Notes under the pieces: model-generated
Seen by the model: only the letters and a program-made list of their open reading frames with translations
Told to the model about the DNA's origin: nothing
Database searches by the model: none
DNA from: Candidatus Bathyarchaeota archaeon
Lineage (GTDB): Archaea > Thermoproteota > Bathyarchaeia > Bathyarchaeales > Bathycorpusculaceae
Assembly: GCA_963827165.1 (NCBI GenBank)
Contig: CAWGZR010000005.1
Span: forward strand, 800,001 to 864,000
Length of the DNA: 64,000 nucleotides
Direction of reading: 5' to 3'
Translations under genes and position numbers: made by a program
Shown: positions 38,217 through 49,297 of the stretch, piece after piece
Position numbering within the stretch: position 1 is the first letter of the stretch
Layout: each line of letters opens with the position of its first letter

Positions 38217-39458
38217 ATGGTTGCGTCAGAGAGAACTAGGCTTGCAGTCTTCGATGTTGAAGGCGTTCTGATCCCGAAAAACCGCTTCTTTTTTGAAGTT
38301 GGAAAACGGTTGGGATTTACCAGTCTGAGTAAAGCTTCTTTTCTTCGGATTACTCTACGAAGCAGGTATCCTTAGGCTTGATTCAGTGCTAAAGCACCTG
38401 TTTGGCGAAGCGAAAGGGGTTAAGATAGAAGTTCTGATGGAAATCTTCGAAAAAATCTCGTCAACAACTTACCTCAAAGGTATATTTTCGCAGCTAAAGG
38501 CGAGAAACTGCAAAATCGCTCTGATAAGCTCTGGATTGCCAACGGTTGTTGTTAAGAGATTAGCTGACGCGGTAGGTGCCCAGTACGCCTACGGCGTTGA
38601 AGTTGAAACTGCAGATGGCAAGTTAACGGGGAAAATCTGGGGAGACGCAATTCAGCCTTCCGGAAAACTGAAGATTCTTGCGCAAATATTAACCGCTGAG
38701 AACCTGAGGCTGAGGGACTGCATTGTTGTCGCCGATGATAGAAACAACCGCTGCCTTTTCTTGCCTGGAATGCTGAAGATCGGTTTTAACGCTGATTTTG
38801 TAATACGTGTTAAAGCTGACAGAGTTATAAACGGCAAACTTGCAGCAATTATTCCGATAATCGATGGGAAACCGAGAAAACGTTCATTTCCGTCAAGGAA
38901 CGATCTTGTCCGCGAAGATATCCACGCCTCAGGGGTTTTCATGCCCGTTGTCGCCAGTCTTGTCGGTGTACCCTTAGTTGGGACTTTGATTTTTCTCATT
39001 GCATTGGTCTACACTATTTCTGAGCTTTGGCGTCTAGAGGGAAAGGAGTTGACTTTTGTCTCGGCAGTGACACGTCACGCTGCATCTCAGTCTGAACTAC
39101 ACGGCTTCGCGGCGGCGCCACTTTATTTTGCCGGGGGCATCCTGTTTACTCTGGTTGCTTTTCCGCTCCAGCAAACTACGCTGCAATCGGTATGTTTTGC
39201 CTAGGCGACAGCACGGCGTCGCTTTTCGGCGGCTTAGTCTCAAATTCTTTGCCGTTTAACAAGGGAAAAACTTGGGAAGGATCATTAGCAGGATTTTTCT
39301 TCGCTTTTTTAGCCGGAATGCTCTTCTTGCCAACTCATCCGCTTGTAGCTCTTGTGGGCGCAGCTATCGCGATGACTGTTGAAGTTCTTCCTCTGCCGAT
39401 AAACGATAATTTATTGATCCCAATTATCACGGGCGCAGCATTGACATTACTCATCTAA
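38217..39458 (+). CDS. HAD-superfamily hydrolase fused to a dolichol/phytol-kinase-like membrane domain; two frameshifts (~38330, ~39165)
   Basis: VFDVEGVL, ISSG, K, ADD..N (HAD); REDIH, GDSTASLFG, KTWEGS, NDNL (cytidylyltransferase/kinase family). Confidence 0.75.
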
Positions 39459-39720
39459 GGCAGTCACTGCTTTTAGGTAATCCACTACGAAATGTTTCTT
39501 GCCTCTTTTCGCTACCGTGTGTCCTTCCTGCTCTAAGCTGCTTTTGAATTTCTGCTCCGCCTGGGTACTTTTCATTTAGGACCCTGCCTGTTTTCAGTGT
39601 TCGCCAGTATGGGGTAATATCAATTGTGCCTTGTTGTTTTTTTTCTTCGGCTGCGTGGGCTGCTATCCAAGCGAAAATCCCCGTTGTCAAAGGGCAGCCG
39701 ATTGTCGAATGCTTAGTTTG
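39451..39720 (-). pseudogene. Fragment of an MGMT/ATL-like DNA-binding protein
   Basis: CPLTTGIFAWIAA...TPYWRTLK...LNEKYPGG motif; N-terminus missing and C-terminus frameshifted. Confidence 0.6.
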
Positions 39721-39784
39721 CTTGGTCTAATCAAACTTTCTGCCAACTATGTTTTTAGTTCCAAAACTTGTGGCGCGTGGACAA

Positions 39785-40078
39785 TTATTTTTTGTTTTGG
39801 GCGTTGACCAGGTCGAGTTTCTGTTGGTGGTTTAGCTTTTTTATTTCTCTTTCACGTTTCATTGCTGCGCCTCGTGAACCAAATAGTTCCGTGTAAGCGA
39901 TTTTCTGCGGTTTGTGGGATCTGGTGTATTTTGCGCCGTTGCCGTTTTGGTGAAGTTTGGTTCTGGCATCTAAATCTTTGGTGTAACCCGTGTAGAATGT
40001 GCCGTCGCTGCAGAGCAGTATGTACACGCAAAACGACGTTGAGCTACTGCCCCCTAACCTCGCGCGGCATGTAGTCAT
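39785..40078 (-). CDS. GIY-YIG nuclease, UPF0213/YhbQ-like (start uncertain)
   Basis: VYILLCSDGTFYTGYT, R...H..G.GAKYT, AMKREREIK. Confidence 0.9.
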   Translation of the reverse strand: MTTCRARLGGSSSTSFCVYILLCSDGTFYTGYTKDLDARTKLHQNGNGAKYTRSHKPQKIAYTELFGSRGAAMKREREIKKLNHQQKLDLVNAQNKK

Positions 40079-40726
40079 AAACGATGCCTCTTTGAATGGC
40101 TCTTTTCAGGTAGGCTTCAGGATCGATTTCTTGGACTTTTGCGTGGTCAACGTCGATGATGTATATTTCGTGTATTCTCGCGTTCTTTATTTCTTCAAAA
40201 GTTACAGGAGGCTTCTGGTAGTAAGCGTCGCAGAGCTTTTTTATCTGCAGGATTTCCCAGTCTTCTCGATTTCTCGGCGGTTTCGCAAGTGCACGGGGAA
40301 AAGGCAGAATGTAGTGAGGTGGAACACCTAAGGCGAATTTTCCCGCGAAGCTGCTGTACCTAATGATTTTGCTTGCCAAACGTGCGGAAGTGTAAGTTAA
40401 CGGCGCCAGGGCGTTTTCAGGCGGGATAAACCCTGTTTCAACCTCAACAATAAGGTTTCCCAAGCCCTTTCGTGGCGTAGAGGTCGCAAGTTAAGATTTC
40501 GTTGAGGATATGTTCGATTTGGACCTCGTAGCCTTTTTCCACCAGGTACTTGGCGCATCCGAGCTCCATTACTGAATGGTTGATTTTCACGATGTTTTCT
40601 TTCCGCAGGCTTACAAGACAGTTTTTGAGGATGTTAAGCTTAGTTTTTGACTTGTTCATCAGAATCGCTTGTTAGTCTTGACAGATAAACCGTTAAATCT
40701 TCTTCGAACTCTTGCCTACTGCTCAT
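40044..40726 (-). CDS. Hypothetical protein with PD-(D/E)XK-like pattern; two frameshifts
   Basis: Joins MSSRQEFEED..., 40444-40659 and 40044-40463; HSVMEL...EH...CDLY...VEVETG. Confidence 0.6.
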
Positions 40727-40921
40727 TTACGCTTCCTTTCCAAATTGACCCGCCATGATTTACTTAAACTAATTGGTTTCAAAAAATATGAAATCAAAAT
40801 GCACGATTGTTGAATCATTTTGCAACCAATTAGGTATATATATAATTCCTGCCCATTTATACATGTCCAAGTTGAAGGGCAGGCTGAATCAGCTAAGCTT
40901 AGTTCGGTGTAAATATTAACT

Positions 40922-41167
40922 TCACCGCTTTGCGCTGTCTCGGCGAAAAGCAATCGGGACAAATTTTTCCCGTGGTTTAGTTAACAGCTGACTGAACTTC
41001 GCTAGTTGATCCGGCTTTGACTCAACTTGGTACATTTCTGCGCTTTTAGCATTAGCTTCTTCTTGCTGTGTTTTACCACAAAATATAGATCCCTTCCTCA
41101 GAGCAGAAGGATTATTCTCAGTTTCTCTCGCAGGCTGCTCTGTAGGTTCACTAAACGACTCTACCAA
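40922..41167 (-). CDS. Possible hypothetical protein fragment
   Basis: ORF only; 5' end appears frameshifted. Confidence 0.3.
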   Translation of the reverse strand: MVESFSEPTEQPARETENNPSALRKGSIFCGKTQQEEANAKSAEMYQVESKPDQLAKFSQLLTKPREKFVPIAFRRDSAKR

Positions 41168-41595
41168 ATAAATCTGTAAGTCGTTTGATGCGATTAAATT
41201 GAACTTAATGGTGCAAAATATCTCTTCTTTCTCTCATAATGAGGCTTGAATCGGGGTTGAATTTGCAAAATATTGCCAACCTGCGCCCGTATCTTACGAA
41301 AAAGTGAACGCGTGCACCAGGGTTTCGCGGGGACTTTTGAACTTGGGTGATGTCGATTTAATGGAAAAACGCAGGAACTTGACTACGTTCGTAAAAGCGG
41401 TCTGAGTTGCGAGCCCGCCGCCTTAAAACGTTTTTCAACAGCCACTCAGATATGGACCTAATTTATTCAGCTCTAACTATGGGTCAACATAGTTCAAGAT
41501 TCAGCTGTGCCTGCATTTTCAATATGAAAGGGAGTTTTTCAGATGGAAACCGATTTTTCCCTTCGCGTTCTAAACTTATGGTGCCCCCGCTTTTG

Positions 41596-43550
41596 CTATC
41601 TGGTTGATTGGTTTGCCGCGGTTTTTTTGCCTTTTTTTACGTAAAGTGCAGCTGCAAGACTTGCCGCCGTTAGGACTGAGATGACTACGTACAATGCGAA
41701 GTATGGATTGCCAGGGATACTTGTTGTTTTCTGCGTGTTTTGAGGCTGGGGATTGGCGTTTTGGTTTTGGATTGTTAGGTTTTTGATGGCGACAACTTCA
41801 TCTTCGTTGTTTGTGAGAAGCAAGACTGCTGGGCTGTTGCTATATTGCTTTGTGCTTTCGATTACGGTGCCGTTTTCGTAGCTTAAGTTAGTGGTAACTT
41901 CGTCGTTGTTTATTTTGGTGGAGACCTGGTACCAAGTGTTTTCTTTTGTGTTTTCTGTGGCATTTGTGATTGCAGCTGTTCCCTGCATGTTAGCTAAGTC
42001 TTCTTGGCTTAGCCCTTTGATATTTAGGCTGTAGTTGCCAGAGTTGTTTTGGAGGACAAGGCTGAATTGGTTGTCGATGGTTTGGTTAAAATTGTCAGGT
42101 AACATCAGAGGTGCAAAACCATTAGGAATACTTATCGGAACCGTTTCGTTGTGGGCAGGAATGTCTATGGTAGCTATTTTCCCATTGGACATCAACACTC
42201 GTTCCGTGCTGTCGGATACGCTTACATTTGTTGTTGGTACATTGGATATGGTTTGCCCCGCCGGAAGCACGATGAAGTTGTAGCTCAAAGAAGTATTCCC
42301 CCCAGAGGGACTGTAAGGAAGTCATTTGCACCCTGCATTGGAAACGTGGCGAAAGCTGCCAACCCAGGTTCGCCGAAAATGTAGTTGTAGTCGGTTGAGC
42401 TAAACTGGTAATAGGACTGGGGTCCGACGAAAACTGGCACGGTTTGACTGTCGGCTCCGGCGTAGTTTGAAGCGCCGTTCCAGCTGGACGTTATAAAGTA
42501 AGTTCCTGACGAGGTGAAGTTCCAGGTTAAGCTGTAGTTGCCTTCAAGATCCGTTCCTGCAGTGTAGAAGTTAAGTACTTCACCAGTGTAACTGGTGCTG
42601 CTCACGTAAATATTGACTGTTTGACTTGGAATCGCCGGGGTGATTGAACCTGAAATTATTATGGACCTCTCACCATTCACGTCGACTCTTGACGCTTGCT
42701 GGCTGGGGTTCACTGTTATAGTTGAAGGATCCAAATTGGTGTTTAAGCTCGCTGAAACTTCCGCTGGCGGCAGAGACTGCGCTACGGTGCTGAGCGGAAT
42801 GATGTTTGCTGTTGCAGACGCTAAAGCTTGAGATTGGTCTCCGACTTTCCAGTCGCCTTCGGGTGTGGCTTCAGCGGTCCAATAGGTTTTGTTGTCGAAT
42901 GCGAAGCTTGTCGGCGTCATGAAAGCAGTGTGATAGATTGGGGCATCTGGTAAATAGACTCCGACGTTCATATGCTGCGGGTTTATGCCCGTATAGAGAA
43001 TCAATACCACATCTAACCCCCCAGCTTCCATAATTGATGCAGCAAGAAGCGACAACCCGACGCAGTCCCCCATATTGTCCGCGAGTGTTTCGACCGGGTA
43101 ACGCGGGTCAGTAACGTTATATGGAATCTGATGGACAAATCCTAAAACTGCATCCGCAAACTGCTCTTGGGGGTGAGAGAGACCGTCAGTGACTTTAAGG
43201 ATAGAATCAGCAATAGGCGCTACTATCTGAGGAGTAACTAACTTTGCATAATCACTGTTGTCGTTTATTGAGTGAGTCAAGTTACCATAGTAGTTAACGA
43301 GCGATTGCGGTATTGAAACATAGAGTTTTTGGTTGTGTCCGCTCAGAAGTCTGGGCTCAACATTAATTATGCCGTATTGCCGGCTAACCCTGGACGGCGG
43401 CTTAATCACATAGGTCTTTTCGATGTTACCCACCGCTACCGCCTGAATCATGCAAGCCGCTAAGAGGACAATTAACAGAATAACCGCGGCCTTCCTAAAA
43501 CTAAAGAAATTCATGGGCATCCAACAAATAGTATTGGTTTTAAACCGCAA
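41596..43550 (-). CDS. Secreted transglutaminase-like protein with C-terminal TM anchor; frameshift in the G5 run near 42298-42302
   Basis: Signal peptide; IPY...YPVETL...GDC, H, E triad-like motifs; N/T/S-rich body; TM helix plus basic tail. Confidence 0.75.
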
Positions 43551-43719
43551 TATGGAACTTTCAGCATGGATTTATCCCTTTTGCCAAATTAGTCCTTAAG
43601 CGTTGCCTATGTTGGTTAGAGCAAAAAAGCGGTTGGAAGTATTTTGAGTAAAGGCAAAAAACCGTTTTTGCTGCGAGTTGATGGTCGCACAAAAAAAAGC
43701 GCCAAAATCATGCCTTCTT

Positions 43720-44160
43720 ATTTTACAAAGTCTGAACCGATGCCTGTATCCGTCGGCAGCCAAACTAGTAGAGATACTGTAGTTAAGTGTCAGTATCTCA
43801 ATTGAGATGGCGAGTTGGATTTTGTCAACCGGATAATTCTTTGCCTGCAGTGGTGTGTTGAGGTCAGCTCTAACCTTGTAAAGTTCGTATTTTACTTGGC
43901 TGGTGTGTGTGAGGAAACCAGAAGTTTGGCGCCGAGGTAGATGGGTAACACTTCATCAGGTGCCAGTCTGCGGTTGAGATGTTCGCATTAACCCGCGCGA
44001 AGTAGAAGTCAAAAGTGTAGCTACCCTCTCGATAGGCAAAGCTGTAAAGTTGATTAGCTACAATCCAATCTAAACCGTGTGATTCTCGTACTGGTTGTTG
44101 GTGCTGGGCTTAGTCAATTCGGGAGGAGTTTGGGCAACCGCATTCGTGCTAAAACATGTT
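43720..44160 (-). pseudogene. Decayed fragment resembling a prokaryotic pentameric ligand-gated ion channel extracellular domain
   Basis: Broken frames read LYSFAYREGSYTFDFY and YELYKVRADLNTPLQAKNYPVDKIQLAISIE (cf. YPFDxQxLxIxIE). Confidence 0.45.
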
Positions 44161-44239
44161 ATTCATCGCATTTCTGTCCCATCCAGCAGAGATAAGTTTT
44201 TGAGCTTTGTGCGATTTCTTCTTTTGAAGGTGCAATTTC

Positions 44240-44560
44240 TTGGTCAAGTCTAATCTTGTTTCTTCGATAAAAGATGTGGAGCTTGCGGAAGGAAAGATGA
44301 AAGCCGTTAGGCTAAAGGGTAAGCCTATTTTGCTCTTGAAGGTAGGCGGCGAAGTTTACGGGGTTTCAAACCTTTGCCCTCATGCAGCCTGCAGCTTCCA
44401 AGGGGGAATCCTTACTGAATACACATTGATGTGTCCCTGCCACGGCTGGAAATTCGATATACGAAACGGGCAATACCAAGAAATCCCCCAGGTGAAGCTT
44501 TCCTGTTATCGTTGTAAGGTCGAAAACGGAAAGATATGGGTTGAAATCGTAAACGAGTAG
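44240..44560 (+). CDS. Rieske [2Fe-2S] ferredoxin
   Basis: CPH...CPCHGWKFD. Confidence 0.92.
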   Translation: MVKSNLVSSIKDVELAEGKMKAVRLKGKPILLLKVGGEVYGVSNLCPHAACSFQGGILTEYTLMCPCHGWKFDIRNGQYQEIPQVKLSCYRCKVENGKIWVEIVNE

Positions 44561-44864
44561 TTATTTTATTTTTTCTAATTAAGGTCAAACTGCTGTTGCG
44601 GTGGCTTTAGGCTTTTTGAGTGATTTTCTACAATGGGTTTCTGCGGCAACCCTGTTTTTGAGGCTAACCCAGTAGTTTCTTAGTTGAGCAGTCATATCGC
44701 GATAAGTATCCTTGTGTCAACCAGTTTTATCTTTTGTGGCTTAATGCTAGGAGGCAGCTGAGCGAGTACAAATCGTCTTTTCCCCAAAAAAATGGGATAA
44801 CAGCTTTAAATAAGCCTGTTTGCTCGTTAAAATATAGATACTTCAGTGTGAAAGGAGGTTTTTT

Positions 44865-46216
44865 TTGAGCTTATTTGATTGGCAGCTTTTTTCTGATGCA
44901 GAATCTTTTCTTCAAACGCGGTTGGATGGGCTTTTTGGAAAGAGCAGCTTTGTTCTGGAGCAAGCAAACGAGATTCAGCGGAACACTTCGACGAACATTT
45001 TCGACTGGGTTGACCACTTGATTCTCCCAGCGCAAACGGTAAACGTTGAGGAACTTGTGAAGATGGGGTTTGAAGAATTCCCGAAAAGCTTGGATGGTGC
45101 ATCGGTTTTTCGGGTTACTGGAAGCACTCTGTTTCCCCTGATTCTGAAAAAAGGCAAAGATTCAGAAGTCGCGTTAGGGGTTGAAGACATTGAGGGTTTC
45201 GGAAAAATCGCTAGAAAGAAAAGAAGCCCTCAGGGGGAACCCAATTCCAGCTTTAGAAAGATAGTTCTTGTCAATGAAAACGATTTTATCCTTTCCGCCG
45301 TCGAAAGGCGGGGCTCAGCTGGATACACTGTTGAAGAAAAAAGTGACATTGACTCCTACCTTGATGCGTTGAATGCGTTATACTCACGTAAGAGACTATT
45401 TTCCACCGCTGAAGAGGGCATTTACGAAACTCAGAAACTGCTCAAATCCTTTGAAACAAGACTCAGCAAGCCACGATTAGCTGATGCGTTCTTTCGCGCT
45501 GAAAGACGTTACTGGGAAACCCGAAACAACGCCGCTCAAGTTCAAAAAACAAGGCAGAACAGAGTAGGCGCTGGATGGGGAAACGTTGACCATCACACCT
45601 TCAGGTCTTCACGCCAGAATTTTTCCGCTTTAATTCGGCTCTTCGAGTATCTTGGGACTTCACCTCCGAGAAAGCTTTCATGCTGGCGACCAAGCAGGTT
45701 GGGGCGCGCAAATTCTGGAGGACGAAGATGGAAGAAACGTTGTTTTCGCCGACGTTGACTTGTCGGCTGAAGAAAGAGGCGTTGATTTCGCTCACAGAGG
45801 ACTTGAAACGCGAAGCTCGCTTGGAACGGTTGGCTTGTGGGTTGGTTTGAATGGAGAAAGCATTCTTGAGGCTGGGATGCATCATTTAGCCGCACGCTTA
45901 AACTTTGAAGCTGCACGAGAAGACCTGAAATCGATGGGTATCGGGATGATGAAGCCTTTTTCCAATTTTTCCTTTCTCAAACAAGCATTCACTGAACCTG
46001 AAAAATGGCAGGTTCAAGGAGAGAAACTGAATTTGCTGTTAAAAAACCAAAGCCTGAGCAGTGAGCAGGCATCGATGTTTCTGCGGGAGGGAGTAGTCGG
46101 CGGCCATTTGGAGAACTATTCAGCGGAGTCAAGGTTTCAAGGGGTTCAACCAGAACTCTGTTAGCGCAATAATCAAATTGACGAACCCGTTAGTGCAGGA
46201 AGGAAAATACGCCTAA
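44865..46216 (+). CDS. Hypothetical VOC-fold-like metalloprotein; frameshifts near 45655 and 46118
   Basis: DWVDHL, DHHTFRSSR, AGWGAQ, GMHHL, HLEN/IQR..GFKGFNQ across three frames. Confidence 0.7.
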
Positions 46217-46222
46217 GTCAGA

Positions 46223-47196
46223 TTAGGCGTTGGGGTTTTGGCTTAGCTGTTGTAATGCTCTCAGACGTTTGGTTACGTTGGGGTGAGTCGAGAAAGCTTC
46301 TTTTAACTTGTCTGCGCCTGTTATTTTTCTCGATAGGATTTCTTGAACCATGAGCGTTGCGTCGAGGCTTTTCGCAGCTTGTTCTGAATCGCCTGGGTCG
46401 GAGATGAAGAGGCATCTGAAGGCACTTGCGCCTTGCGTTGTCCTTGACCTCTTGACTTGCTGGGTTTCTTTGAGGCGCTGACGATTTTCGCGAGACCCGT
46501 CGAGAGTTTCCATGCGCCGTTATCTACCACTTGAACGCTGTTCCTATCTGCGTAGTACTCACGTACCCTGCTGAGCCACAACGTAAAGAAAGTAAGCAGA
46601 TAACCGAATCCCATCAAGCCGATGCCGATGATTGCGCCGTTGCCGTTGCTGCCGCCACTTCTCCTGCTTCCTCCAGAAGCCACTCCTGACCACATAAGTG
46701 AGTAGCCAGGTACATGAAAACAGACGGCAACGCAGAAACAGCCATCATAACCTGGACGTCTTTGTGGCTGAGGTGTCCCAGTTCATGTCCTAAAACCGCT
46801 TCAACCTCGTCAGTGTTCAACGCTGTAAGCAATCCTGGAGTTACTGCGACACGGCTGCCTGTAAGCGGCGAACCATAAGCGAAAGCATTTGGAACAGGAA
46901 CCTGAGCTAGCATAAGCTCTGGGGTTTTTATATGGCATTTCTGACTTAGGTTGTTGACGATTTGGTGAAGTTGCGGATTCTCTGCTTGTGAAATTTTCCT
47001 AATCTTGTAGACAAACGCCTAGCAAGTATGGTGCGAATAGCCATTGCGCAATGTTTATGCCTACTACTATTATGCCAACTGCAATGATGTTGAAGACGCC
47101 GAAATACAACATAACGCCAGTTAAGACTAGCGTAGACAACCCGATGATAATCGTAAGGGTCGCTAGCATTGAAAGCCTAAGTTCAACTATACCCAT
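46223..47196 (-). CDS. htpX: HtpX-like M48 zinc metalloprotease; about three frameshifts
   Basis: PNAFAYG, HELGH, SRVREYYAD, FSTHP...KRL spread over fragments. Confidence 0.85.
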
Positions 47197-47409
47197 ATTG
47201 GTCAACTATTGGCATGCGTAACAGCCGCTTATATTTTTTGCTTATTCCAAGCGCTATTTGCCAAGGAAACTAGACATGACAAGTTTTCATTTGGCAATTT
47301 TGACAGCAGAACTCTTGATTTTCTTCGCAGAAAAAAGAGAAGCTGGGCATGTCGATAGTGTTTAATATTAAAATAGGATGCATTGAGTAATTAATGAAAT
47401 CATCAGCGG

Positions 47410-47706
47410 GTGAAGATTAGGATGAGCGAAAGTAACTTTGAAAGTTTAGAAATCGAGGTTGACCCTCATGCTCTTGAGTTTCTCAAGAAAAGCGGTGACG
47501 TCTTCGTCCTCACAGATGTTCAAAACCCCCAATACTCATACTACAGAGTGAAGGGTTACGACGCAAATCTTAAAATCAAGTTCGAAGAATTCGTGGAACT
47601 CTGCAAAGGGTACCCTGAAGGCCAAACTGACCCTAATAATCCAAACCGTCGAATTCATAGTCACAATATTCAACGTAAATTCCCCATCAAACACTTTGCC
47701 TTCTAA
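47410..47706 (+). CDS. Hypothetical protein, 98 aa
   Basis: Protein-like ORF, no recognised motif. Confidence 0.55.
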   Translation: MKIRMSESNFESLEIEVDPHALEFLKKSGDVFVLTDVQNPQYSYYRVKGYDANLKIKFEEFVELCKGYPEGQTDPNNPNRRIHSHNIQRKFPIKHFAF

Positions 47707-47965
47707 TTTGGGATTCTATGTTGCGAAATCAGGCTTTCCAACCGTCGATGAATGGTTGAAAAGCTTAAAGGTCAGATGAAATTCCCGATTGCGAAAGCGG
47801 ATACAGAAAAACATTCTACCTCTACCACATACAAACATCCTAAAATCACATCTGTTCCTTTAACATCGTTTTTGCGGGACTCAGCGCCAAATCGTTTGTT
47901 CAGAATGGAAAATCTTAAAAGCCTACGCTCATTGTGGATTGGTTTAGTTTGAGAAATTGTTGAAG

Positions 47966-49243
47966 ATGACAAAAATGAAGAGACTACTTGCTGCTTTACT
48001 TCTAGGGCTTTTATGTTTGTCGATTTTCGTAGCATTCGCGCCCAAAGCTATGGCAACAATCAGTAGATTGGTGGTCCAGTTTCCGCCACGACCCAGCGCA
48101 TACGGCTTACTCCACTTCAACGGGACCGACTAAAAACACCCTTCTATGGAGTTACGCAACAGGGAATTCTATAGACTACAGCTCTCCCGCTGTTGTTAAC
48201 GGAGTTGTTTTCGTCGGCTCAGACGATCACTATGTTTATGCCTTGAACGCTGCAAACAGCGCATATATCTGGAGCTACAAAACTGGCGGCTCAATTGATT
48301 CTTCGCCTGCAGTGGTTAACGGCGTAGTTTACATCGGCTCAAAAGACCACAAAGTCTACGCCATAAACGCCACTAGCGGCAGCAAATTATGGAGTTACAA
48401 AACAGGCGACCAAGTGGAATCTTCTCCTGCAGTCGTTAATGGCGTTGTTTACGTTGGCTCAGACGACAGCAAAGTTTACGCATTAAACGCCCAAACCGGC
48501 ACCAAAGAATGGAGCTATACTACAGGTAGCGCGGTCGTTTCCTCCCCAGCAGTTGCCGACGGCGTCGTTTACGTCGGTTCAGAAGACAACAGCGTTTACG
48601 CTTTGAGCGCTGCGTCGGGCACGAAAATCTGGAGTTACTCGACAGCCAGTTCAGTGGATTCCTCTCCCTCAGTTTTCAACGGCACAGTCTACATCGGCTC
48701 AGACGACGACAGCGTGTACGCGATTAAACGCTCAGACAGGCGCCAGAGTTATGGGTCTTCGGCACAGGCGACCAAGTGGATTCATGCCCCGCCGTAGCAA
48801 ATGGGGTAGTTTACATCGGTTCGGAAGACTATAATGTATACGCTTTGAACGCAGCAACAGGCAGCAAAATATGGAGCTACAGCACTGGTAGCCAGGTGGA
48901 GTCTTCTCCCGCGGTCGCTAACGGCATAGTCTATGTTGGCTCAGACGACGACAACGTGTACGCACTGAACGCATCAACAGGCATTACAATATGGACTTAC
49001 GGAACCACCGAACTCGTGGATTCTTCCCCCGCAGTTGCAAACGGCGTGGTTTATGTCGGGTCAGACGACAAAAGCATATACGCTTTTGGCACAATTACGG
49101 TTCCCCAACCTACCCCATATCAACCGCCAATCCCCGAGTTCCCAAGCCAAGCAGTTACCATTTCACTGGTTGCCCTCGTTGCTTGCTCTGCCTTTGCTGT
49201 GATCGCTGCAAAAAAGAAGAGTATAAACGGGAAAAGACTTTAG
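47966..49243 (+). CDS. Secreted PQQ-like/BamB beta-propeller protein with PEF-CTERM-type sorting signal; frameshifted
   Basis: Signal peptide; WSY.TG..V.SSPAV.NGVVYVGS.D..VYALNA repeats; IPEFP-TM-KKK tail. Confidence 0.88.
48147..49090 (+). repeat. Eight intragenic ~120-bp (40-aa) propeller-blade repeats
   Basis: Trp codons at about 48147, 48270, 48390, 48510, 48630, 48752, 48872 and 48992. Confidence 0.9.
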
Positions 49244-49297
49244 CAAGAACCTACGGAAAAATCAGCTTAGCATGTAAGGTCAGCGAGTCGATTTGCC

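Noticed and set aside
41346-41406. Possible C/D box sRNA (gtgatgt ... ctga, about 60 nt)
   Set aside because: C box is imperfect and there is no convincing internal D'/C' pair or identifiable guide.
43771-43976. Inverted repeats gagatactg/cagtatctc and tggcgcc/ggtgcca suggesting an ncRNA or MITE
   Set aside because: They fall inside a decayed coding sequence; no terminal repeats or target duplication.
48147-49090. Regular repeats considered as a CRISPR array
   Set aside because: In-frame 120-bp coding repeats with synonymous variation, no unique spacers and no cas genes.
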